Below, in pieces: positions 35,219 to 43,215 of a stretch of DNA of 64,000 bases. The position numbers were made by a program, and so were the translations under genes. How positions within the stretch are numbered: the first letter of the stretch is position 1; each line of letters opens with the position of its first letter. The stretch covers positions 289,404 to 353,403 of the forward strand of contig JAULTD010000001.1 of NCBI GenBank assembly GCA_038801785.1, read 5' to 3'. This DNA comes from Candidatus Methanomethylicaceae archaeon GD_Cm_T35_P0_bin.15 (lineage in GTDB: Archaea; Thermoproteota; Methanomethylicia; Methanomethylicales; Methanomethylicaceae). The notes under the pieces were generated by a model. That model had not been told where the DNA came from. It was given only the letters and a program-made list of their open reading frames with translations, and ran no database searches.

Positions 35219-38200
35219 ATGACGTTTGAAGAGTCTTTTAAGAAATACCTGGAGGCAGCTTCCTCTGCCGGCACGCACCAGGCAAAGATGATCGCGTTTA
35301 CAATTTTCCTTAGCGAGGTCTTCGGAAAGTCGAGCTATGAGATCATCCAGGATGTAGAGAAGTACGTCTCAACTCGGGACAAAATAAGCATGATGACCAT
35401 AAAAGGCCGAATGGACATGCACTTTGGGCAGACAATCATCGAGTTCAAACTCAATCTTTCGCGCGAGCTGGAAGCGGCAAAGGAGGAGCTGGCCAGGTAC
35501 GCAAAGATCATGCGGAGCAATCGGCAGAAGGTCGGCGAGTGCATAGTGACGGACGGCCTGATCTTCAAAGTAATGGTTGTAGGCGACGAAGCAAAAGAAG
35601 TAAGAGAGATCGACTTCCGCAAGGTGCCGCCGGAAACGGCGATCCTTTTCCTCGACACTTACCTATTCAGCGCCAGGAAGAAGCCTACCGCAGAAGACCT
35701 CGCCATGCGGTTCGGCCCCGGCTCGCCGGTCTACGAGGAAGTAGTAGGCGGACTGACCCCTCTCTTCGGCAACATGCAAATTCCCATAAAGTTCCAGCTG
35801 TGGCAGAGGAACATGCAGATAGTTTACGGGAACGCGCCCCCAGACGAGGCTTTTGTGTCCCAGACTTATCTCATGGTCCTGGTAAGGCTGCTTTTACTGA
35901 GGTATTTGACCGGAAGAGCGCCCCCATTGCTCGACGGCCTGAACGGCAAAATCTTCCAAGAACAAGGAATCCACATCATTGAGGAAGATTTCTTCTCTTG
36001 GATTTTTGATCAGAGGTGCTGGCCGCAGATCGAACCTCTCGTCAATACGATGGTCGATGCGCTCGAATGCTACGATCTCAGCGAGATCGACGAAGACGTC
36101 TTCAAAGAGATCTACCAGGAAATCATAAAGCGCGGCGAGAGGCACAGGATCGGCGAATATTATACGCCTGAGTGGTTGGCGGAACTTACTCTCAACGAGG
36201 CAATTAAAGCGATAGGCCAGGAAAAGAAGTTCACGGTGCTGGACCCCGCGTGCGGCTCAGGCACGTTCCTGACGAAGGCAGTCATCCATCTGAAGAGGAA
36301 CGGGGCTTCGCTCAAAGAAGTCTTGGAAAGCGTTTACGGGATAGATTTGAATCCGCTGGCCATAGAGATTTCGAGGACAAACTACCTCCTGGCGCTTGGC
36401 AGGCTCATTGAGAAGCGGAAAGGGCCGATTTTCATACCCGTGTTCATGGCGGATTCGATAAAGCTGCCGGATGTCCGTAGAGAGGTCATGTACGGCGAGC
36501 CCATCCTCGCCATAGACGTCGACGAGAAATTGCAGCTGAACCTCCCGTTGGAAGTAGCGCTGGATGACAACAAACTGAAAGAGGACCTGAAGCTTTTCGA
36601 GGATATCCTGAGGGAGTACAGGACGGGCAGACTGTCTAAACCGCTGGCGCTCAAGGCCTTTGAAAGCATGTGCGGGCACAGGGAGGCGCTCAAGGAAATA
36701 CTGAAGGAAACGCTGCAGAAGATAATGGATCTAATAGACGTCGACAAGGACTCGATCTGGGTCTTCATGATGCGCAATATTTACGCGCCGTTGAGGATGA
36801 AAGAGAAAAAGTTCGACTTGGTCGTCGGGAACCCTCCCTGGGTGTCGTTCAAGTTCATCGAAAATGTCGAGTACCAGAAATTTATCAAAAAGACGGTGTT
36901 CGAATATGGGCTATTGAGTCCAAAACAAACGGACCTTTTCACGCAGATTGACACATCAACTGCATTCTACACCAAGGTAGCTGACATTTATCTTAAGGAT
37001 AGCGGCATCCTGGCGTTCGTCATGCCCAAGAGCGTCCTCACAGGAGCCAAACAGCATGAGGCATTCAAGAAACAACTCCATCCACCAATGAGGGTTTTGG
37101 GAATACACGACGTGGGTGAGGTTAAACCCCTTTTCAACGTAAAGGCGTGCATAATTATTGCCCAGAAAGGGGGAGCGACTACTTTTCCAGTGCCAGCGGG
37201 CATATGGTCTGGCGAATTGTCCAAGAAAAACGCTTTACTAAAAGACGCCAAGAAGGTTCTTGAATTGAGGGAGTCAAAGTATGTTCCACCAAAAAAGAGT
37301 GATAAAACGAGCCCGTATCATGGTGAGATGCTCTCTGGTGCAGGGATTTATCCTCGGACTTTATGGTTTGTGAAATTCGTGCCAAGCAGCTTTGGGGTCA
37401 ATCTAGAAGAGCCTTTGGTAGAAAGCCTGATTTTGCCCGACGCTAAGGCGCCTTGGAAGAGCGTAATGCTGAAGGGCAGCGTTGAGAAAGATTTTGTATT
37501 TGCCACAATGACCGGAAAGGATTTGCTCCCCTTCAAGCCGCAGTTCAAGGCGGTCGTTCTTCCGATTGAAAAAGGTTCCTACAAATACAAGATTCTCACT
37601 CCGGAGGAGTTAAGGGGAAAGGGCAAGTTAAAGATGGCAAATTGGGTTGAGACAGCAAATAAATATTGGTCTTCACTGGCGACAAAGACTTCGATAGCAA
37701 ACTTTCCCACCCCAATGGATTACATGAACTACCACAATAAGCTAGAGCTGCAAAGGACGAACCTTCGTTATTACGTGGTTTATACCGCGTCCGGTACACA
37801 CATCGCGGCTGCTGTAGTGGATACAAAAAACCTACCGCCGTTCCAGGTCGACGGCGCCAAGATACGCCCCAACGGCTTCGTCGCGGATTATAAGACCTTC
37901 TGGTTCGGCACGAATAATGCAAATGAAGCATCTTACTTGGTGGCCATATTGAACTCGAATGTTATGGATGAGATGATCAAGCCGCACCAGTCAGAAGGGG
38001 CCTTTGGAGCAAGAGACATCTGCAGATTGCCCTTCGAGTTCAACATACCTGAATACGACCCAAACAACGGTATTCACACAGCGCTTGCCGTACTGGGGGC
38101 CGAAGCAGCGAAGGAAGCGGATCGCCTCCCCAGAGCGTCCAGGATGAAAATAAAGGCGAAGATTCCCCAGATGCAGATGATAGATGAACTTACCAAGAAA

Positions 38201-38272
38201 CTATTAATGCAAAATAGATCAGACGTCTTGAGGCGTCAGGAATTAACTGATAAACGATCTAACGATTGCTAA
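35219..38272 (+). CDS. MmeI-like type IIL/IIG restriction-modification enzyme (nuclease, N6-adenine methyltransferase and TRD in one chain)
   Basis: N-terminus QAKMIAFTIFLSEVFGK...GRMDMHFGQTIIEFK gives a D-x8-ExK nuclease motif, like MmeI. Methyltransferase motif I LDPACGSGTFL and motif IV VVGNPPWV. A long C-terminal target-recognition region follows. Confidence 0.75.
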   Translation: MTFEESFKKYLEAASSAGTHQAKMIAFTIFLSEVFGKSSYEIIQDVEKYVSTRDKISMMTIKGRMDMHFGQTIIEFKLNLSRELEAAKEELARYAKIMRSNRQKVGECIVTDGLIFKVMVVGDEAKEVREIDFRKVPPETAILFLDTYLFSARKKPTAEDLAMRFGPGSPVYEEVVGGLTPLFGNMQIPIKFQLWQRNMQIVYGNAPPDEAFVSQTYLMVLVRLLLLRYLTGRAPPLLDGLNGKIFQEQGIHIIEEDFFSWIFDQRCWPQIEPLVNTMVDALECYDLSEIDEDVFKEIYQEIIKRGERHRIGEYYTPEWLAELTLNEAIKAIGQEKKFTVLDPACGSGTFLTKAVIHLKRNGASLKEVLESVYGIDLNPLAIEISRTNYLLALGRLIEKRKGPIFIPVFMADSIKLPDVRREVMYGEPILAIDVDEKLQLNLPLEVALDDNKLKEDLKLFEDILREYRTGRLSKPLALKAFESMCGHREALKEILKETLQKIMDLIDVDKDSIWVFMMRNIYAPLRMKEKKFDLVVGNPPWVSFKFIENVEYQKFIKKTVFEYGLLSPKQTDLFTQIDTSTAFYTKVADIYLKDSGILAFVMPKSVLTGAKQHEAFKKQLHPPMRVLGIHDVGEVKPLFNVKACIIIAQKGGATTFPVPAGIWSGELSKKNALLKDAKKVLELRESKYVPPKKSDKTSPYHGEMLSGAGIYPRTLWFVKFVPSSFGVNLEEPLVESLILPDAKAPWKSVMLKGSVEKDFVFATMTGKDLLPFKPQFKAVVLPIEKGSYKYKILTPEELRGKGKLKMANWVETANKYWSSLATKTSIANFPTPMDYMNYHNKLELQRTNLRYYVVYTASGTHIAAAVVDTKNLPPFQVDGAKIRPNGFVADYKTFWFGTNNANEASYLVAILNSNVMDEMIKPHQSEGAFGARDICRLPFEFNIPEYDPNNGIHTALAVLGAEAAKEADRLPRASRMKIKAKIPQMQMIDELTKKLLMQNRSDVLRRQELTDKRSNDC

Positions 38273-38949
38273 AAGTTGTAGGGCCTCCCTACCTCGTATA
38301 TCTCTTTTGATATCTTTTTCAACTCTTTAAAATAGCCCTTCGGGTACTTTTTCCAATTTATTTTTCTGACCAGGTCTCTGACTTCGTCGGACACACCGCT
38401 GCCAACGTATCATTCCCTATCCTGCTGGGCTTTGGCGTGGTGGCAATAGTTCTGGGATATGCGATCGCGAATATACGCCAGAAGAAGCCGCAGCCGCCCA
38501 TAGTGGTCCAGGTGCAGTCCAAGTACCTCAGGAAGAAGGGCAGGGGACAGGCATGACCAAGCTCCTGTCCTTGGTCGCCTGCATGTGCTTCAATGGTATC
38601 CTCTCATCCAATATGTCCTCAGCTACGCTCTACCGACTAGTGCAAGCTGGAAGATGCACTTTACTGATAGATGAATCGGAGGACTTAGCTAATCCTGAGA
38701 GGCGCCAGGACTTAATCGACTGACCGGCTTTCGGGCTTACTTTTTTTTCGCCCGTTAGATTACAAAAGAGCTGTTTTGTAATGTGTTCCGGTTTCAGCCT
38801 CTGAACTCCATAAAATAGCAGAACTGGAGTACTATATAAAAATAAAATAATATGCGGGCTTTAGGGGGAAGCATCATTGCCCCCTTTCCCTGAGAGCTGA
38901 CCGAGTTACGACAACATCCTCGCCAGCGGGAACGCTTAGCAATGATACT

Positions 38950-39765
38950 TTATGTTAGAACCTTCAGCCCTGCCCGGTCGTATATTGCCTTAAGGTTTTC
39001 AGGCGAATAATCGCTGTAATGCTTGGCCAGCACAGACCGGGGGACCCTGCCCTGGAAGGCGTCGATGAACCTGTCTGCCACGCCCAGACGGGCCATCTCA
39101 TTCGAAAACCAGAACCTCAGCACTTTGGGAGTTATCTTCAGCCCGGTCTTCTTCTGGGCTATGACGAAGAGGCAGGACTTGTCGGAGCCTCTGATAGAGA
39201 AGAGGTTCTCGGACTTGTGCTTGCTTTTCATCCACGCCCCCAACAGGTCCTCGAACTCGCCGTTGTAGAACGTCATGAAGGACCTCTTGGTCCTGGTGGC
39301 ATGCTGGGGAGTGATCATCCTCAGGCCAGTGTTTACGTTAGAGACCTTCAGCCCCAGCAGCTCGGCCCTTCTCAACCCGGTGACAGCGTACCCCACGAAT
39401 GCCAGCCGCTCGTAGTCCTCATCCAGGGCAGAGTAGAACTCTGCGAGCTCTTTCCTGGAGGGCATGCTCATTATGGGCGGGTCCACCTGCTTTATCTTGA
39501 AAGGCAGCTTCACGTCCTGATACTTGGCATAGGCGATAAACGACTTCAGGTAGTTGTTGAAGGTGTTCGGGTTCTCTAACTGCGCCAGGAAGGAGCGCAT
39601 GGCGTCTATCGTGAACGGGTTTGCTGAGAGGTACTTGCGGAGGTTTCCGGTGTACTTCTGGGCGGTCTTCCGGCTTATGTCCAGGTCAGTCAGGCAGAAC
39701 TCCTGGAACTTCAGTACTGTACCAGCATCGAACCCTGTACTGTACCCGTTTCGCGGTTGTTGCAA
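38950..39765 (-). CDS. integrase C-terminal fragment Int(C), tyrosine recombinase catalytic domain
   Basis: GLRRAELLGLK (catalytic Arg region), and RVPRSVLAKHY near the C-terminus (second Arg and Tyr). The track start is a TTG. The frame stays open upstream through the att copy as far as a TAG at 39865-39867. Confidence 0.8.
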   Translation of the reverse strand: MQQPRNGYSTGFDAGTVLKFQEFCLTDLDISRKTAQKYTGNLRKYLSANPFTIDAMRSFLAQLENPNTFNNYLKSFIAYAKYQDVKLPFKIKQVDPPIMSMPSRKELAEFYSALDEDYERLAFVGYAVTGLRRAELLGLKVSNVNTGLRMITPQHATRTKRSFMTFYNGEFEDLLGAWMKSKHKSENLFSIRGSDKSCLFVIAQKKTGLKITPKVLRFWFSNEMARLGVADRFIDAFQGRVPRSVLAKHYSDYSPENLKAIYDRAGLKVLT

Positions 39766-39815
39766 AAGCGTCTTTCTTGGTAAAGCTTCTTTGACGCCGA
39801 CAAAGAAGGTTTGAT

Positions 39816-39861
39816 GGATGCGGCCGCCGGGATTCGAACCCGGGATCCGAAGCTTGGGAAG
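39816..39861. repeat. att site, right copy (within the intact tRNA-Gly)
   Basis: Identical 46-mer to 30074-30119. Confidence 0.95.
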
Positions 39862-39894
39862 CTTCTATCCTAGACCGGACTAGACCACGGCCGC
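39819..39894 (-). tRNA. tRNA-Gly (anticodon CCC), no encoded CCA
   Basis: Reverse complement: GCGGCCG acceptor stem, anticodon arm GAAGC-TTCCCAA-GCTTC, T-arm CCGGG-TTCGAAT-CCCGG, CGGCCGC, discriminator A. Confidence 0.9.
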
Positions 39895-40062
39895 TCGTTG
39901 TAAGTGACATGCTCGCTCCTATTAATAATTAATTGTGGACCTGGTCGGAAGCGATAGCATTGCGTGCACAATCCGTTCCGTGGTTGAGGCATGAGTCCTT
40001 GTTGGATGCTGAAGATCCGCACCGCAGACAATGCTGGCAGAGTGCCCCGTCGGCCAGTCCAG

Positions 40063-40506
40063 TCAAGACTCAGCATTTATCTGGAAGATGCAGCCCTTGT
40101 CGCCCTTGGCTAGACATTCGGTCTCAGTCACCTTCAAAGGCCTGCGAAAAGCTCGGCTCAGGAAGCCCTCCAAGTAGCCCTTGAAGAAGTAGCAGATCGG
40201 CTGCTTGGATGCGCCGTACTGCCTTGCCTCGAAGCAGTCGGTCATAAAAACCTTGCCAGTGCCATCGGGGCTCAGTTCGAACCTCAGCTCGCCCCACCGC
40301 TCCTCCCGTTTGCGCTGGACGATGCCCTCGAGCAGGCCGCTCGTGCTGGAATGCTCCTGCATCAGACGCTCGCAAGAGCGGACGCCGCACCCTTTCCCAA
40401 CATCATAAAAGATTGCAAAGGCACCCGTGGAAAAGCGCTCCTCAAGTATGTTTTTAAAATCCGCGAAAGTCGAGTCGCGCATGATAAAGGCTTTGCAGTC
40501 CTTCAA
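40063..40506 (-). CDS. V4R (4-vinyl reductase) domain protein
   Basis: 147 aa with conserved Cys positions (GKGCG...CYFFKGYLEGF...ETECLAKGDKGCIF), typical of stand-alone V4R small-molecule-binding domains. Confidence 0.7.
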   Translation of the reverse strand: MKDCKAFIMRDSTFADFKNILEERFSTGAFAIFYDVGKGCGVRSCERLMQEHSSTSGLLEGIVQRKREERWGELRFELSPDGTGKVFMTDCFEARQYGASKQPICYFFKGYLEGFLSRAFRRPLKVTETECLAKGDKGCIFQINAES

Positions 40507-40740
40507 GAACCGGGAGATGGAAACGCTTTCCCGAAGATCCTTGCCCTCTTTAGCCGTTTGCTCCCCCCCTCATGCAGAGCAGTTGATTGGTAAATCGTAT
40601 TAAGGATACTTATAAGGGTTCTCGAAAATAGCTAAAAACCATCACAGCATCGCAACCGGCGCCACGAATCGGCCCAAATCTGCTCCTTTTTCAGTAAAGT
40701 CATGAGACAGGGCCTTCGAGACCAAAACGCCGAGGATCGT

Positions 40741-41110
40741 GGGGAGGAGGGCTGAGTGAGAAACTGGTCCGCCGAATATGGTGCTAGCTGTTGGTCACCG
40801 GTCTAGGATGATCATCAGACCCACTTAGAGGCGCTAGCCTCCCGGAGGGAGACCCTGTCGGTACCGCTCCGAGAACGTTCGCGGTCTATTTTGGAAAGCC
40901 CGGCTGAGAAGCGGGTATCCGCATGCACTATTCAGACGGCAGCCCGGGCATGAGGGAGAGCCTCTCGCAGTCAGCAGTCGTCCGGGCGAGAGCGACGCTT
41001 GGTCATATCGGCCGCAAGGCCGAAGCGGATGTTTGATTATGACTAAGGCGGCTTGCTTACGCTCTCCGGACTCACAGAACTGGGACGCCTGCCTGAGATC
41101 ACCCCAATAT
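40741..41110 (+). ncRNA. candidate structured RNA of unknown class
   Basis: No ORF of 60 aa or more on either strand across 40594-41032 despite high GC. GNRA-capped hairpins on the plus strand: UCGGCC-GCAA-GGCCGA and CCGGCU-GAGA-AGCGGG. Also a 7-bp helix CUCUCGC...GCGAGAG. Boundaries and strand are guesses. Confidence 0.25.
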
Positions 41111-41250
41111 GAGAGACGACCTTTCTCAAAAGAGTTCCTTTCCAGTTATCGATTAGATATGTGTACACATACTGTATATCTGTTGCGCACGTATACACAA
41201 CTTTGGAAAGATTTATAATCTGTAGCATTATCTTTGCATTAGATACATAG

Positions 41251-42276
41251 ATGGAAACTATGACTTCGAGGCCTGCCACTAGTTCATATTATATCGCCAT
41301 AGCAGGCGACAGTAGGCTGATCCATCTGTTTGAGCACCTCGTGACCGAGTCCAAGAGCATGCTTATCCCCTCCTTCGATCCCTACACGGGCTACGCCTAC
41401 CCGGACATAATGCAGGTATGCAGCGCCTCGCCTCAGGAGTCCCTGGAGATTGCGGACAAGATACTCTCGCTGGGCCTGGGCACCAAGGAATATCATGACC
41501 AGGTCCTGCGGTGCCCCTACTGCGGGGCAGAGCAGATAAAGGTGGTATTCCACTGCCCCTTCTGCAACTCGACCCAGCTCTACAAAGAGCTCCTTCTGGA
41601 GCATATCCATGACGGTGTAATAGGCCCCGTTTCGAGGTTCAAGCGCAACGGGGATGCCCTCGTCTGCCCGAGCTGCGGGGCTCGACTCTCTGAGGAAGGG
41701 AGGGACTATCGCACTGTTGGCGTCTGGTACAGGTGTCTGGGCTGCTACAAGCAGGCACCCACTCCCAAGATAGCTTATTCATGCAGGGGTTGCAGGAAGG
41801 AGGTGACGGCCCACGGGCTCGTCGTGTCGTCCATCTGGTCCTTGGCCATCAACAAGGAGGCTTTGAGGGAGTTTTCGAGGTTGCACATTGCCATCAGGCC
41901 CGTAGTCGATCTCCTGAGAAGATCCGGCTACATAACGAACTCCCCGGCAGCATTGACCGGGAGGTCAGGAGTAGTCCACTCCTTTGATGTCGTCGGCCTA
42001 GACAGGACGGGAAGGACCGTTGCGGCGGACATCATGGTCTCCAAAGAGGTCTTGGATGAGTCTGTTATAGTGCGCCTCTTTGCGAAGGTTCTGGACACCA
42101 GCCCGACCAAGACAGTCCTGATCTGCGTCCCGGGTATGGCAGAGACTGCCAAGAAGCTGGCGTCTACTTATGGGATAATTATCCTGGAGGGACGTTCGGT
42201 CAGCGAGGCCATAGCACCGCTCCCGGACATCCTAGCGCCACAGCAGTCAGACCCCGGGCAGGTGGCACCCCAGTAG
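41251..42276 (+). CDS. multi-Zn-ribbon protein with a C-terminal alpha/beta domain, unknown function
   Basis: Five CxxC pairs (CPYC, CPFC, CPSC, CLGC, CRGC). The C-terminal segment SGVVHSFDVVGLDRTGRTVAADIMVSKE...VLICVPG is reminiscent of restriction-endonuclease-fold domains. Divergent from the pilus operon. Confidence 0.45.
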   Translation: METMTSRPATSSYYIAIAGDSRLIHLFEHLVTESKSMLIPSFDPYTGYAYPDIMQVCSASPQESLEIADKILSLGLGTKEYHDQVLRCPYCGAEQIKVVFHCPFCNSTQLYKELLLEHIHDGVIGPVSRFKRNGDALVCPSCGARLSEEGRDYRTVGVWYRCLGCYKQAPTPKIAYSCRGCRKEVTAHGLVVSSIWSLAINKEALREFSRLHIAIRPVVDLLRRSGYITNSPAALTGRSGVVHSFDVVGLDRTGRTVAADIMVSKEVLDESVIVRLFAKVLDTSPTKTVLICVPGMAETAKKLASTYGIIILEGRSVSEAIAPLPDILAPQQSDPGQVAPQ

Positions 42277-42385
42277 ATGCTGCCCGACGGCCACCGACCG
42301 CCGTTCCCGTATCCGTATAGGGGCGCCCGCATCCGAACCTAGGCGCCGTATGTTCCTCGGGAAGGGGGAGCCGCTGATCCGTCGA

Positions 42386-43213
42386 TCAAGTTACGAGAAC
42401 CGCGAAGGTCAGAAGGGTCAGGAAGAGCATCACCACTATATGCTTCAGGCCCGCAGAGATGGCACCCTCGCCCATCTTCCCCGCCACCAGCCCTGAGAAT
42501 ACGCCCTGGATGACACTCAGGTAGAGGAAGAGCCTCCGGTAGGTCTCGTACTCTGCCTGGGCCATGAATATCATAGTCCCGCTCAGCCCCAGAACCGGGA
42601 GGAAGAACTGATTGAGGAGGACTACCAGCGTAACCAGGAGGACGCCGTAGGCGATATACGTGACCGCTACATAGAGCCTCATCGTTCCCCTTCTCTCCGC
42701 ATCCATGGTCAGCACAAGCCTCATGTAGTTGGAGAGTGTCCTTACCACCTTGGAGACGTCCCCTCCGGAGTGGCTCGTCTCGGCGATTATAAGGCTCGCG
42801 TTCTTCACAAGCTTCGACCCCACCCTCCTCGCGAATGAGAGGAGGGCTTCCTCCAGAGTCATCCCCAGCCTGATCTGTGCCAGAACCTTTCTCAGCTCCC
42901 GCGATGCCGCCCCATAATCCCTCATAATCGCCGTCTCGAAGGCCCTGAGGAAGGTCATCCCTGTCACCTGTGCCTCCGCTATGTCATACAGGATGTCGGG
43001 CATCCTGGCCTCGACCGCCCTCCTCCACCTGAACTCGAGGTAGTCGAGGACGCCGACCGGAAGGAGGGCGATCATCAGTCCTATGATAAAGATATAGTCT
43101 GCCAGCCTCGGATTGCTCGCGAGCATTATGACCCCCACGGAGGCTATCAGTAGCCCTGCGGCGGCGGCCGTGGCGAAGAGGGCGTACTTCTCCTTCCTAG
43201 ATATGGGGAACAA
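42386..43213 (-). CDS. type IV pilus platform protein, half-size (T2SSF domain, TadC/FlaJ-like)
   Basis: 275 aa. TM helices flank a cytoplasmic helical domain. Adjacent to a paralogous half-size gene and the secretion ATPase. Confidence 0.7.
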   Translation of the reverse strand: MFPISRKEKYALFATAAAAGLLIASVGVIMLASNPRLADYIFIIGLMIALLPVGVLDYLEFRWRRAVEARMPDILYDIAEAQVTGMTFLRAFETAIMRDYGAASRELRKVLAQIRLGMTLEEALLSFARRVGSKLVKNASLIIAETSHSGGDVSKVVRTLSNYMRLVLTMDAERRGTMRLYVAVTYIAYGVLLVTLVVLLNQFFLPVLGLSGTMIFMAQAEYETYRRLFLYLSVIQGVFSGLVAGKMGEGAISAGLKHIVVMLFLTLLTFAVLVT

Positions 43214-43215
43214 TG

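Larger units (their letters stand above)
30074..39861. mobile_element. integrated plasmid/provirus-like element in tRNA-Gly(CCC), with an SSV-type (integration-split) tyrosine integrase
   Basis: Perfect 46-bp direct repeats at both ends. One repeat is part of an intact tRNA-Gly and the other is an orphan tRNA 3' half. The interior is visibly AT-rich relative to the flanks. The integrase halves at the two ends are in frame across att. Confidence 0.85.

Noticed and set aside
39686-39910. 74-aa minus-strand ORF spanning tRNA-Gly and the att site.
   Set aside because: It reads straight through a tRNA gene in a frame different from the integrase, so I consider it an artefact.
40890-41090. RNase P RNA hypothesis, based on GGAAAGCCCGG (near 40893) and ACAGAAC (near 41075).
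   Set aside because: The universal CR-I reads GGAAAGUCC, with a conserved bulged U; here that position is C. The expected CCCGGCUUA does not follow ACAGAA. I cannot find CR-II/III-like GGGUGAAA or GUAAGAGC elements. I also found no convincing SRP helix-8 GNAR / AGCA motif, so I assign no class.
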